From: a virus
Taxonomy: Duplodnaviria; Heunggongvirae; Uroviricota; Caudoviricetes
Virus record (IMG/VR): IMGVR_UViG_2974563859_000001
Reading direction: 5' to 3' (one strand)
Length of the DNA stretch: 64,000 nucleotides
The notes below the pieces were generated by a model, which saw only the letters and a list, made by a program, of their open reading frames with translations, did not search any database and was not told the DNA's origin. The position numbers and the translations under genes are program-made. Below, in pieces: positions 19,872-29,650 of this stretch (position 1 is its first letter; every line of letters begins with the position of its first letter).

Positions 19872-21560
19872 TTATTGCTGATACTGAACAGAAACGAATT
19901 GATTACTAGTAACTAAAAGTCCAATGATACTAAAAGTAGCTTTCATTATTTCAATATCAGTTTGTGTTGAGTTAATAATTTTAGTATTACTAATATCTTC
20001 AAATTCATCAGTCTTGAGATTGTAAATTTTATCATTAACAATACACTCTGAAATAATATCATCAATTAGATTTTCATTATCTTCAAACTTATTCATTAAA
20101 ACAGTCTCAAAAGAATTTCTGAATGCTTGTTTGATCTTAATGCTAAATTCTTTGATAAAATTATATTTCTCATCATCATTAAAATATCTAAATAGGGATT
20201 TATCAGAAATAATTTTTTCAATAATAACATCTAAATTCTTATCAATAATTCTAGGAATAATTAAATTTCCACCAGAGATATAACCATTACGTAAAGCCGA
20301 ACGACATGCAAAAACTGCATCTTCCATGAGAAATTTACGAGTTTCTTTTTCTAACTCTGTACTTCCTCCAATAAAAAGATTAGCAATAGAACAATTTAAA
20401 TCTGCAATTCTCTTTTTAATTCTATATTCATCTTCTGTAGTGTCGATATATTTTTCACGTTTATTAATTTCTTCTAATCTTGTATTTAGATATTCAATTC
20501 TTTCTTTGATGGCTTCAGGATCCCCTTGACCTTCAATAAGCTTTGATGTATTTTCATTGACTGTTACTTTATTACATTTTCCTAGTTTATCAATATCAAA
20601 TGCATCTAATTGTCCCATCTCAAATTTATCATAAATAGTAGCACCTAAATATATAGCAAGATCTTCAAATGATTCACGATGGTGATCAGTAGCAAGTGCA
20701 TAATCAATTGCCACTAAATCTTTTAATTCATCTCTTCGGTGATTAATTCTTAACATGTTGACTATTTCTGAAGAATAACCTTTAGAAATGATAACTAATG
20801 GTTTTTTTCTCCCAAGCATGACATCACCCATTAAGCTACCAATTAAATCTGAGTCACTCTCATCTAATGTTTGATTAGACATAAATACTAAAGCATCTTT
20901 AAGTTCAGTAGTTACTTTATCCACTTGATTGGCAAAATCATTGGTAATGTAGCCTCTATTTAATTCAATTCCTTTAGTTACAGTATAACTATCTACTATA
21001 TCATCAGATAATTCTAAATTAATAAATCCATTAGCACCAATCTCTTTATAAATATCATAAATAATTTGACCTGCTTTTTCATCATTATTATTAGATACTG
21101 TAGCAATCTCTTTAATAATATTAAAATTTTCTTCTGTAATTTCTGTTGCTTCATTTTTAATAAATTCTACTAATACTTCTTCGAATTTAGCCAGTGTATC
21201 AATAATATCTTTACGAGGTACTTTAAATTCAGTGATCAATGAGTCTAACTCTTTAAAGAGAGAATTTGATACTACAATAGCAGAAGTTGAACCATCACCA
21301 ACTTCACGTACTAAGCTTCTACTAATTTTCTTTACAATATCTAAAATTGTTGAAGCAATTTCATTATCAAACTTAATTTTATTTAAAATACTATAACCAT
21401 CTTTTGTAATAGCATGATTTACAGTTAATTTATCTTGTATAATAGAAGTTGAACCATATGGTCCAAGACTATTAGAAAGAATAGTTGTGAGCGTATTTAA
21501 GGTTTCTGTTATTACTTCTTTTGTCTTACTTTGATCTGCTACATTTGATTTAACTGACAT
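19872..21560 (-). CDS. groEL: GroEL-like phage chaperonin, AR9 gp228-like, 562 aa
   Basis: SLGPYG, ITKDG, VGDGSTS, GIELNRGY, IGGSTELE, ISGG. Confidence 0.9.
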   Translation of the reverse strand: MSVKSNVADQSKTKEVITETLNTLTTILSNSLGPYGSTSIIQDKLTVNHAITKDGYSILNKIKFDNEIASTILDIVKKISRSLVREVGDGSTSAIVVSNSLFKELDSLITEFKVPRKDIIDTLAKFEEVLVEFIKNEATEITEENFNIIKEIATVSNNNDEKAGQIIYDIYKEIGANGFINLELSDDIVDSYTVTKGIELNRGYITNDFANQVDKVTTELKDALVFMSNQTLDESDSDLIGSLMGDVMLGRKKPLVIISKGYSSEIVNMLRINHRRDELKDLVAIDYALATDHHRESFEDLAIYLGATIYDKFEMGQLDAFDIDKLGKCNKVTVNENTSKLIEGQGDPEAIKERIEYLNTRLEEINKREKYIDTTEDEYRIKKRIADLNCSIANLFIGGSTELEKETRKFLMEDAVFACRSALRNGYISGGNLIIPRIIDKNLDVIIEKIISDKSLFRYFNDDEKYNFIKEFSIKIKQAFRNSFETVLMNKFEDNENLIDDIISECIVNDKIYNLKTDEFEDISNTKIINSTQTDIEIMKATFSIIGLLVTSNQFVSVQYQQ

Positions 21561-21601
21561 ATTAATTTCCTCCTGATTTCTCTCTTTTGGAACATAGAAA
21601 A

Positions 21602-21934
21602 CTATTTTATTAAAAATACAATTTCATTTTCTGATAGTACTTTTACTTCATCTACATATTTATGATTATTAATAACTTCTATGGCTTTTTCTTTATTTTT
21701 ATCTGACAATAGTTTAATGTGACAATTTTTAAAGGTATTAATTGAATTATCATCAGAGAGGTTCTCACATAGAAAACCTCTTACAATTTTATAATACTCT
21801 ATACTTTCTAGTATTTCAATAATCTTTAGAGCATTCTTTCTATATTCTAAACCTTTAAAAAAATTCTCTGATTTATATTTTTCATTATCTGTTTTAGTTA
21901 ATTCACCATAGATGATATAATTTTCATTGTTCAT
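21602..21934 (-). CDS. Hypothetical protein, 110 aa
   Basis: ORF with AGAGGG RBS. Confidence 0.55.
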   Translation of the reverse strand: MNNENYIIYGELTKTDNEKYKSENFFKGLEYRKNALKIIEILESIEYYKIVRGFLCENLSDDNSINTFKNCHIKLLSDKNKEKAIEVINNHKYVDEVKVLSENEIVFLIK

Positions 21935-21986
21935 CTTTCCCTCTACCTTTCTTTCCCCTCATGAGAGTAAAAGAAGAACATATATA

Positions 21987-22289
21987 CTATTTTTTGTTAG
22001 TAATAGTTTTAGGTTTTTCTTTTGAATCTTGTTGAGCCTTCATTATTTTTTTAGCTTCTTTTTCAACTTGTTTTGCTTTTTCCTTCTCCAGACTGATTAG
22101 CATTGATAGATCCATATTGATCATTTCGCTGATACTTATTTTACCATCAAATAAGTCCAAAAGGTATAACTGGTATTTAGCATCCAGTTCAGTCTTTCGT
22201 TTAAGACCACCTTTTAATCCTCCTGAAGAAGACGATGAAAAAGCATTTCTTCCATATCGATCTCGATATCTCCTAACTGTTCTCCGCAA
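21987..22289 (-). CDS. T4 gp51-like / GT-type hub assembly chaperone segment, probably a -1 frameshift extension of the upstream gene
   Basis: YLLDLFDGKISISEMINMDLSML motif; overlaps the upstream gene by 76 nt in the -1 frame; no RBS at TTG 22289. Confidence 0.55.
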   Translation of the reverse strand: MRRTVRRYRDRYGRNAFSSSSSGGLKGGLKRKTELDAKYQLYLLDLFDGKISISEMINMDLSMLISLEKEKAKQVEKEAKKIMKAQQDSKEKPKTITNKK

Positions 22290-23410
22290 TTACTACATTT
22301 ATGAGTTTTAATTTTATAATCAATAGCATATTTTTCTGAACGATCAGAAATTGCTTGCGCTAATGCTTTAACATCTTCCACTTCAAGATTCTTAATGATT
22401 TGGAAGATTGACTCTTTATCATCAATTTTTACATATTTTACTTTATTATTAGCTTTAAGTTGTTGAATGTCAATTACATAAAGGTTTTTAATAAACATCA
22501 TTGTTGTTAAGATTTGCTCATTTTCTTGTAGCATCTCTGGATTTACTGAGCCGATCAATTCTAAATGATCATACAATGAAGGTGTTTGAATATCTAATAA
22601 AATCTTATCATGCGGTAATACAATACGGTTAAATTTATTAACAAGTGATTTTTCTAGCAACTCATCTACATTACTAACATTCCCAATAATCTCATGTAAC
22701 TTAGCAAAAGTTTCTTCATCTTTTACGTCCACTAATGTTTCATTATTAACGATAACAGTATTAGTTCCTTGGCAATGACCGCAACTAATTTCAAATGTAC
22801 TATCAGTTGGGTAAGTTTGACAATAGATGCCATAAAGTAAAGTATTAAAATCATAGAATGAAGTAATTCTTAACCAATCTTTATAACTAATTTTTCCTAG
22901 AGATGTTGCATTAATTTTACTATATACAATCTTATAAAGCTTTTGTCTAGAAGCAGATGGAGACATAGTAGAATTTACAATAGAATTAATATCAGCCATT
23001 CTAATTGATTCCATATGTGCGATATATGCCGATTGATTGGCAACAACTTGGAAAGTAGGTTTTCCATTTAGAATAAAATCAATATCAGATGTACTTTCTA
23101 ATGGACTCTTTTCAGAAAATTCAATATTTGATACATCAATAGTAATACCACTAAGGATATCTCTTATATCCGAATTATCTGATGTTTTCTTTTTATTACT
23201 TTTCTTTTTGGTTTGTGTTGATGTTTTCTTTTTTGAAACAGCTTTCTTTTTAGGTTTTTCTTCTACAATTTCTTCTTCAATATTTTCTTCCTCATCTTCG
23301 ACAATACCTAGTTCTTCATGTAGATCTTCAATTTCCTCTTCACTTTTTAAACCAAAATCTTTAATCTCTTTTTCAGAAAGTTTTTTCATAACTTCTTGTC
23401 TTTTACTCAT
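22214..23410 (-). CDS. T4 gp26-like baseplate hub assembly protein, 398 aa
   Basis: DFNTLLYGIYCQTY, SCGHC and KCSNC Zn pairs; next to the gp25-like gene. Confidence 0.65.
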   Translation of the reverse strand: MSKRQEVMKKLSEKEIKDFGLKSEEEIEDLHEELGIVEDEEENIEEEIVEEKPKKKAVSKKKTSTQTKKKSNKKKTSDNSDIRDILSGITIDVSNIEFSEKSPLESTSDIDFILNGKPTFQVVANQSAYIAHMESIRMADINSIVNSTMSPSASRQKLYKIVYSKINATSLGKISYKDWLRITSFYDFNTLLYGIYCQTYPTDSTFEISCGHCQGTNTVIVNNETLVDVKDEETFAKLHEIIGNVSNVDELLEKSLVNKFNRIVLPHDKILLDIQTPSLYDHLELIGSVNPEMLQENEQILTTMMFIKNLYVIDIQQLKANNKVKYVKIDDKESIFQIIKNLEVEDVKALAQAISDRSEKYAIDYKIKTHKCSNCGEQLGDIEIDMEEMLFHRLLQED

Positions 23411-23424
23411 TATTTTGTCCTCCG

Positions 23425-23850
23425 TTATAAAATAATTTTAGATATAACTTTTTTATTACTTTGCCTACCAAATATAATAGTAATTTGATCAGGATCATTA
23501 GTAGTCTGAATATCTCTTGAAACAATAAAGGTAAAAACAAGTATTTTAGATCCTCTATCATTATCTACTGTATCCAAATCAAATTGTATTCCTATATTGG
23601 TTGGTATAAATTTACTTATTTGATTATCAACTTTCTCTTTTAATTCTTGTTTTAATTGATCATCAATAAATTCAAATTGATAATTTTCGATACCTACGCC
23701 TAATTCTGGTTGATTAGGATATGTACCTTGTTCAATTATCATTAAATTTTGAATAGTCTGTGCTAATGCTTCTAAATCTTTCCTCTCAGCATTAGTGTTA
23801 TATATACTCTTTTCCAAAAGGAGTTCACTCTTAAATATATCATCAGCCAC
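23425..23850 (-). CDS. gp25/GPW-like baseplate wedge (sheath initiator), 141 aa
   Basis: IQNLMIIEQGTYPNQPELGVGIENYQFE motif. Confidence 0.8.
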   Translation of the reverse strand: MADDIFKSELLLEKSIYNTNAERKDLEALAQTIQNLMIIEQGTYPNQPELGVGIENYQFEFIDDQLKQELKEKVDNQISKFIPTNIGIQFDLDTVDNDRGSKILVFTFIVSRDIQTTNDPDQITIIFGRQSNKKVISKIIL

Positions 23851-23885
23851 TATAGTTCTAAGACCTCCTCCATTATTTCAGGTAA

Positions 23886-23897
23886 TATTGAAATGTT
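23886..23897 (-). promoter_or_regulatory. Late promoter AACA-TTTCAA-TA
   Basis: Consensus match upstream of the gp25-like operon. Confidence 0.7.
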
Positions 23898-23926
23898 AAC
23901 AATTCTCCAAATTATAAAAAATAATA

Positions 23927-23938
23927 AACAATATTTTA
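23927..23938 (+). promoter_or_regulatory. Late promoter AACA-ATATTT-TA
   Basis: Consensus match upstream of 23973. Confidence 0.6.
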
Positions 23939-23972
23939 TAAGACATAATAATGGAAAAGACGGTGAAAAATA

Positions 23973-24689
23973 ATGAAAATAGAAAAATGTCCATTTTGTT
24001 CTAATAAGTATAAAGACAAATCTTTTCTTTGTAATCATTTAGAAAATAAACATAAAGAACAGTTAAATGGTCTTTCTCCAGCACAGGTATATTTTAATTT
24101 TAAATATAATAAAACTGGTGGAAAATGTATTATATGTAGAAAGTCTACTAAATGGAATGAAAGTACCAATAGATATGAGAGAATTTGTGATCGTAAAGAG
24201 ACTAATTGTAGAGAGAAATATAGAGAAATGTTTAAAAAACGTATGATGGGTAAGTATGGTAAGACTACTTTACTTGATGAACCAGAAATGCAAAAGAAGA
24301 TGCTTGATTCTAGAAAGATATCTGGTGAATATACTTGGACAAATAAAAAAGGTAAGACTAAATATACTGGTACTTATGAAAAAGATTTTTTAGAATTTTT
24401 AGATGTATTTTTACATTTTGAACCAAGTGATGTTATTAGTCCTGCCCCACAAGTTTTTTACTATGAATTTAATGGTAAAAAACACTTTTATATGCCAGAT
24501 TTTTATATTACATCAATTAATACCATCATAGAGATAAAAGCTTTTGATAATAAACATTATAGAGCTAGAGATATAGAACAAGAAAAAGCAAAGGATAAAG
24601 CAGTATTAAAAAGTAATTTTAATTATATTAAAATTCATGATAAAGAATATGATGAATTTTTTGATTATCTTTTAAAATTTAAAGAATAA
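23973..24689 (+). CDS. Zn-finger + PD-(D/E)xK (TnsA-like) endonuclease, probable free-standing homing endonuclease, 238 aa
   Basis: C2H2 CPFC..HLENKH, CIIC, YMPDFY..IIEIK. Confidence 0.7.
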   Translation: MKIEKCPFCSNKYKDKSFLCNHLENKHKEQLNGLSPAQVYFNFKYNKTGGKCIICRKSTKWNESTNRYERICDRKETNCREKYREMFKKRMMGKYGKTTLLDEPEMQKKMLDSRKISGEYTWTNKKGKTKYTGTYEKDFLEFLDVFLHFEPSDVISPAPQVFYYEFNGKKHFYMPDFYITSINTIIEIKAFDNKHYRARDIEQEKAKDKAVLKSNFNYIKIHDKEYDEFFDYLLKFKE

Positions 24690-24802
24690 AGAAATAATAA
24701 ATTAATAGGGTAAGTTAAAAAATAAAGATAACTTTTTCTTAATAGAATTAGTTATCTTTATTAAATTTATTATTTTTAATAACCGTATTAAAATATTAAA
24801 AG

Positions 24803-24815
24803 AAATATATATTAT
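24803..24815 (+). promoter_or_regulatory. Early promoter box
   Basis: Exact AAATATATATTAT. Confidence 0.75.
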
Positions 24816-24854
24816 ATAATTGAATAAATAGGAGAACTAGGAGGTTCAATTATT

Positions 24855-25637
24855 ATGAGAATTATACTGGGGAATTATAACAAAGATAGGGGTACTACTA
24901 TTTCATCTACTGAAGGAAAGTATTTCTATCAAGATGTATCAAATGATCAACAAGTATTTGAGGTTTATAAGAAATTTATAGATGTAGCTGAAATTGTTGG
25001 ATTTGATGTATTACAGGCACATACACATTTTAAAGATACTAGTGATATTTGGGAAATTATACAGATTGAATTAATTAGAGATGGTATTATTGAGGAATTT
25101 AATTATGATGAAGAGAATTATTGTACTTTTCCTGAGATACGAGACATTATTGATGTATCAAAAATGCTTATTATGGATAAGCTAGTAAAATTACCTATGT
25201 ATCATTATTGGGAAGGACAAGTACATATTGGGAAAACCATAGAAGAAGATCCAAGTAGACTTAAATTAGCTATTAATGAAATTCTTATTAAACCAAAAAC
25301 AAGAATACTTGAGATGAGTGTATATATTTACATTTATATTGATGGACAAAGGAAAATTATCGACCTCCTAGAAGATTTTACATTAGATTTTAATTATATT
25401 AGAGATAAAAATAGAAAATTATTTAATTATATTAATAGAGTTATTGATTATGCAAGAAATAATGTTGATTTCCCAGTGAACTTTGTGAGATTTCAAATTT
25501 CTAATGATAACATTATACGCAATATGAAAATTAGTGATCGAAATGCTGAAATGCTTGAATGTCTTTATATGAAAGTGCAAAATGATAAATATGAAAATAA
25601 ATATATACTACCTCTGTATAATATAAAAGGAGAATAA
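24855..25637 (+). CDS. Early hypothetical protein, 260 aa, paralog of 25643..26368
   Basis: AGGAGG RBS; shared KKFID and NRxLFNxIxR motifs. Confidence 0.6.
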   Translation: MRIILGNYNKDRGTTISSTEGKYFYQDVSNDQQVFEVYKKFIDVAEIVGFDVLQAHTHFKDTSDIWEIIQIELIRDGIIEEFNYDEENYCTFPEIRDIIDVSKMLIMDKLVKLPMYHYWEGQVHIGKTIEEDPSRLKLAINEILIKPKTRILEMSVYIYIYIDGQRKIIDLLEDFTLDFNYIRDKNRKLFNYINRVIDYARNNVDFPVNFVRFQISNDNIIRNMKISDRNAEMLECLYMKVQNDKYENKYILPLYNIKGE

Positions 25638-25642
25638 TAACA

Positions 25643-26368
25643 ATGCATCATTCTTTATTCCAAATAAAATCTAAAGAAAATAATAAGATTTATAATGTAC
25701 TAAAGATCATCAAGAATCAATACATAGTTATGGAAGTTAGCTTATCAAATATTAATGATATAAGTATGAATTATTTTAAAAAATTTATTGATTTAATAGA
25801 TTATTTAGGTATTGAAAATATATCTAAATTAGATAACGATAATGGATTAGTGTTTATTCAAGAGATAATCAATAATAACTATTTTAAAGTCATTAATAAA
25901 GGAGACTATTCTTATATTACTTTGCCTTTTATTAATGAATTGGAAGTTGTAATGTATAAGCTGTTATCTACAAATAAGAATATAAAAGATCCAAGTAGTT
26001 ATACTATAAATAGATTTCAAGTTAATAAAAATCCTAAACAAACAGCAATTCAAGGAGTATTATCATGTGAATTATATTCTTTTAATGAGAAAGTAAGTGA
26101 GATAGTCGTTCATATTGAAATGAGAGATCTAAGAAAAGAAAATAGGGAGTTATTTAATGATATTAAACGGTTAATTTTATTTACAGAAAGAAAATTGAAT
26201 TATAGATTAACAGAAATGAGCCTAGAAATTATGCTAGGTTCATTTCTAACTACCATTTCTAAAAATAATAATCGTCTTGAGTTTAGGGATATTATTGATA
26301 CTATATTTCTTGAAGTAAAAGGTGCTACTTCTACACAGTTTAATAGTATATTGCCTATTTCAAAATAA
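25643..26368 (+). CDS. Early hypothetical protein, 241 aa
   Basis: AAAGGAG RBS; paralog of the upstream gene. Confidence 0.6.
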   Translation: MHHSLFQIKSKENNKIYNVLKIIKNQYIVMEVSLSNINDISMNYFKKFIDLIDYLGIENISKLDNDNGLVFIQEIINNNYFKVINKGDYSYITLPFINELEVVMYKLLSTNKNIKDPSSYTINRFQVNKNPKQTAIQGVLSCELYSFNEKVSEIVVHIEMRDLRKENRELFNDIKRLILFTERKLNYRLTEMSLEIMLGSFLTTISKNNNRLEFRDIIDTIFLEVKGATSTQFNSILPISK

Positions 26369-26384
26369 TATTGGAGGAATAAAA

Positions 26385-27107
26385 ATGTTTAGAGGAAATG
26401 TATTTTTAACTGATATTTTACATGTAAAACATACAGGTTATGAAGAAAAAATTGAATATCATTTCAAAGAAAATGAGTCAATTTTTGATTTTGCTCGTAT
26501 ACTACCTATGACTGTAATTGTTGAAAGAGCTACTAATGTTTTAATTCGTCATGAAGTAAAAGATGGTTTTATTTATATTCCATCAGTTATAAAAGAACAG
26601 AATAATATATTTGATCTATCTAAATATGAGCTATTTAATATTCCATTGAATGACAAAAAATTAGATATAGAAATACCTAGCTATACAATGATCGACAGTT
26701 CAAGGGTTAAAAAGAATGGAATAAAACTCATTGAAAAAGTCACTAAACAGATTTTTTCTAATAGAAATAATTATATAAGTAATGAAGAGTTAAAAGTCAT
26801 CTTAGACGGAATTAAACAGGAAGAATTTAATCGTATATGCAATTTCTCTAATGAAGAGAGTCGTTATGAATTAATATTTGGTAGCTTAAAGTCTACGACT
26901 GGAAAAGATGAATATATTAACATGAAAAGTAGTTTTGGAAACTTTATTTTCCCATCTATCGATAAAGAAACTATTAATATTATTAAAAAAGAATTTTCTA
27001 ATAAAATTTTAATAATAGATAGCGAAAGAATTAATAAAGTAATCAATAATATAATAGACTTTAAACTACTTATCAATTTAAAAAAACAAATAAATAGCTC
27101 CCTTTAG
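26385..27107 (+). CDS. Early hypothetical protein, 240 aa (start corrected from 26322)
   Basis: GGAGG RBS before ATG at 26385. Confidence 0.6.
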   Translation: MFRGNVFLTDILHVKHTGYEEKIEYHFKENESIFDFARILPMTVIVERATNVLIRHEVKDGFIYIPSVIKEQNNIFDLSKYELFNIPLNDKKLDIEIPSYTMIDSSRVKKNGIKLIEKVTKQIFSNRNNYISNEELKVILDGIKQEEFNRICNFSNEESRYELIFGSLKSTTGKDEYINMKSSFGNFIFPSIDKETINIIKKEFSNKILIIDSERINKVINNIIDFKLLINLKKQINSSL

Positions 27108-27124
27108 GGAGTTATTTTTTTTTT
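27092..27124 (+). terminator. Rho-independent terminator
   Basis: aaatagctccc-ttta-gggagttattt plus a long T-tract. Confidence 0.75.
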
Positions 27125-27153
27125 ATATTTTTTAAGTAAAATTAAAATATTAT

Positions 27154-27169
27154 AACAAATATATATTAT
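27154..27169 (+). promoter_or_regulatory. Composite late+early promoter AACAAATATATATTAT
   Basis: AACA-N6-TA (27154-65) overlaps the early box (27157-69). Confidence 0.7.
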
Positions 27170-27192
27170 ATAATTGATGGAGGTTTAAGAAA

Positions 27193-27576
27193 ATGAGTGA
27201 AGAAAAAGTTTTAGAAAATCAAGAAGAAGAAGTAGTAGAAAAAGAGGAAGTTGGAGAAAGTGAACAACCTCAATTAGAAGGTGATATTGTACAATTTACA
27301 GTTGGAATTAATTCTAATCAAACGTATAATGTTAGATCAACAGTTGAAACTGGATTAGACCTAAGAGAATATATGCAAGCTATCGCAACTATTAAACTTA
27401 ATACAATTATTAGCATCTTAAGTGGAAATGAAAAGAAATATGATAATTTGAAAATTTTTAAAGAATTTGAGAAAGAAACTTTATCAATGGCTATTGATAA
27501 AATCTTGGAAGGTTTCTCTGAAAAAGAAATTCCTGATATTGAGAAAAAACAAATTAAAAAATTATTTGCTGAATAA
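27193..27576 (+). CDS. Acidic hypothetical protein, 127 aa
   Basis: GGAGG RBS; monocistronic; followed by a hairpin. Confidence 0.65.
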   Translation: MSEEKVLENQEEEVVEKEEVGESEQPQLEGDIVQFTVGINSNQTYNVRSTVETGLDLREYMQAIATIKLNTIISILSGNEKKYDNLKIFKEFEKETLSMAIDKILEGFSEKEIPDIEKKQIKKLFAE

Positions 27577-27720
27577 CATAAAATATCAAGTATGGACAAC
27601 AGTTCATACTTGATATTACTTAAACCTCCATTAAAATAAGTATAGCGGATATACTTATTTTATCTTTGTTAATTTCCAATACATCTGTCACTAATTATCT
27701 AAAATTTTTAGTAAATTAGT

Positions 27721-27732
27721 AACAAAAGATTG
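27721..27732 (+). promoter_or_regulatory. Late promoter AACA-AAAGAT-TG
   Basis: Consensus match; its +1 lies inside the track TTG, which supports the later ATG start. Confidence 0.55.
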
Positions 27733-27756
27733 ACTTATACTCAGGAGGTTAACATA

Positions 27757-28278
27757 ATGAAAAAGAGATTATTAGTTATTGCTGGACCATCAGGCTGTGG
27801 AAAGAATTATATCACTGATTTATTAATTGGTACTTATCCAGAATTATTTCAACAGCTTCCACAATATACTACTAGGGAGAAGAGAACACCAGATGAGAAT
27901 ACTTATCACTTTATTAGTAAGTCTCATTATGATGTAATTGAACATGCATTAATTGCTAAAACTGAAATTAATGGATACCATTACGGGACAGTTCCAAGCT
28001 TTGAAGAAAATAAAATCGGTATTATTATTGCTAATAAAAAAGGAATTGAGAGTTTGAGAGAATACCTTTCTAATAACACTGATAATGTAGAGGTATTTTA
28101 TTTGGGAATTGATTCGGAGCAACCAAAAGAGAGAGATGAAAGAACTAAAGAATATGTCGCAAATGAAAGAAAAGAATTAAAACCAATTATTAATGATTGG
28201 TTAGTCAATATTCCACCCTATAATTATATTACTGCGGAAGATGTTTATCAATACTTAGAGAATAAAAAGTTTATTTAA
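27757..28278 (+). CDS. Guanylate-kinase-like dNMP kinase, 173 aa (start corrected from 27730)
   Basis: P-loop GPSGCGKN, YTTREKR, YHFIS, YGT; AGGAGGT RBS. Confidence 0.85.
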   Translation: MKKRLLVIAGPSGCGKNYITDLLIGTYPELFQQLPQYTTREKRTPDENTYHFISKSHYDVIEHALIAKTEINGYHYGTVPSFEENKIGIIIANKKGIESLREYLSNNTDNVEVFYLGIDSEQPKERDERTKEYVANERKELKPIINDWLVNIPPYNYITAEDVYQYLENKKFI

Positions 28279-28283
28279 ACATA

Positions 28284-28318
28284 AACAATCGATTATAGGT
28301 TTATTCCTATAATCGATT
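28284..28318 (+). promoter_or_regulatory. Late promoter AACA-ATCGAT-TA overlapping a 13-bp hairpin
   Basis: Promoter 28284-95; aatcgattatagg/cctataatcgatt. Confidence 0.5.
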
Positions 28319-28344
28319 TAGTTTGTCATAGGGGGGGTTGAATT

Positions 28345-29112
28345 ATGACAAACAATTTATACCAAAAACATAATTATCTAAATAAAAGAATTAGTTATCT
28401 CAAGAATAATATTATAAGAGAATATGATATGACCAATGCTGGCGTCAATATTCTACGGAAAAATAATGTTATTACGGAAGAAGAATATCGACATTTAAAT
28501 TCAATGGAAAAATTAAAAAAGAATAAAACAGTTGGCTTGTTCTTAAAAAAGAATCCTGATATTAGTGAAGCATTGATCAATGAGTTTGTTTTAATTAGGA
28601 AAGAGTTATTTGAGAAGAATAATATTGATGATGATGATATCTTATCAATTAAAAAAGATGCAGTTTTTATCATTAATAAAAAGTTAACCAATTTAGAATT
28701 AAACGAATATTATAAATTCCAAGAAAAGAATAGGTATATTAGTTATATTAATATTGATAATAAAGAGTTTTATTATAAATCAGATAGAACTCTAGATATT
28801 AAGGGTTATAGTAAGGAAATAAAGGAATTCCATAAGGATTACTTATTTAAAGATTTAGAAGAACTTCTTTTCCTAGATACACATAATGAAGAAAATGCAC
28901 TATTTGAGAAATTAATACAACTTAAATATAATTTCGTAACCAGAGAATTACCTTATCAGTACTATCTAGATTTAATTTATGGTAAATATTTATATGGTAT
29001 TTTAAATCATATGTATTACTTGGACGAAATAACAGAAGATTTAAAAAAATATGTTCTAATCAATAACAACCTTAATTTCTTACTTAGAGTGATAAATATT
29101 CTATTAAAATGA
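28345..29112 (+). CDS. Small family-B-like DNA polymerase palm domain protein, 255 aa
   Basis: REYDMTNAG (motif A-like), K..NKTVG (motif B-like), SIKKDAVF (motif C-like); no exonuclease domain. Confidence 0.5.
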   Translation: MTNNLYQKHNYLNKRISYLKNNIIREYDMTNAGVNILRKNNVITEEEYRHLNSMEKLKKNKTVGLFLKKNPDISEALINEFVLIRKELFEKNNIDDDDILSIKKDAVFIINKKLTNLELNEYYKFQEKNRYISYINIDNKEFYYKSDRTLDIKGYSKEIKEFHKDYLFKDLEELLFLDTHNEENALFEKLIQLKYNFVTRELPYQYYLDLIYGKYLYGILNHMYYLDEITEDLKKYVLINNNLNFLLRVINILLK

Positions 29113-29153
29113 TTAAAACAGTAGACTGGGACTCTACTGTTTTAATCGTTATA

Positions 29154-29609
29154 TTATTTTACTTTTTTTATAGTTGTTCTATTAAGTTCCACTGTAATCT
29201 CAGCAATTCGATTATATACCAAAACAGTAACAAAATCAGTTAAATCCCGAATATAGACACTTAAACTTTCTTTATAAGGTTCTGATAGTTGTTGCATTAC
29301 ACTATGAGTAGTCTCAGCAGTTATTTTTATAAGAATATCATCATTTAATAAAGATAGACTAGTAGATCTTCTTTGATATGGGATTAATTTCAAATCTCTA
29401 GATTTGTTACAAAAATAATCTACTAAAAACATTAGATATTTAGTATCTGACTCAAAATCTTTATTAGCTAATTTTTTTTCTATGTTCCCATTAATAGAAT
29501 TTAATCCCTTACTTTTATCTAAAGTACCTACAATCTTAATCATAAACTTAGCGAAAAAAAGAATAACAAAAAGGTTTAACAGTACAATTAAAGCAATTAA
29601 TAGTTCCAT
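29154..29609 (-). CDS. Membrane-anchored hypothetical protein, 151 aa (start corrected from 29642)
   Basis: AGGAGG RBS; N-terminal TM helix. Confidence 0.55.
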   Translation of the reverse strand: MELLIALIVLLNLFVILFFAKFMIKIVGTLDKSKGLNSINGNIEKKLANKDFESDTKYLMFLVDYFCNKSRDLKLIPYQRRSTSLSLLNDDILIKITAETTHSVMQQLSEPYKESLSVYIRDLTDFVTVLVYNRIAEITVELNRTTIKKVK

Positions 29610-29650
29610 TGATATTCCTCCTATAAAAAAAGAAGGACTCAATGTCCTTC

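Noticed and set aside
22136-22210. 24-aa GTG ORF (MVLNERLNW...) with GGAGGA RBS after the gp26-like stop
   Set aside because: It is in a different frame from the chaperone-like motif, and the RBS is also coding sequence. Kept only as an alternative to the frameshift model
24690-24780. Nested AT-rich inverted repeats as a replication origin
   Set aside because: Adequately explained as a terminator between transcription units; no iterons seen
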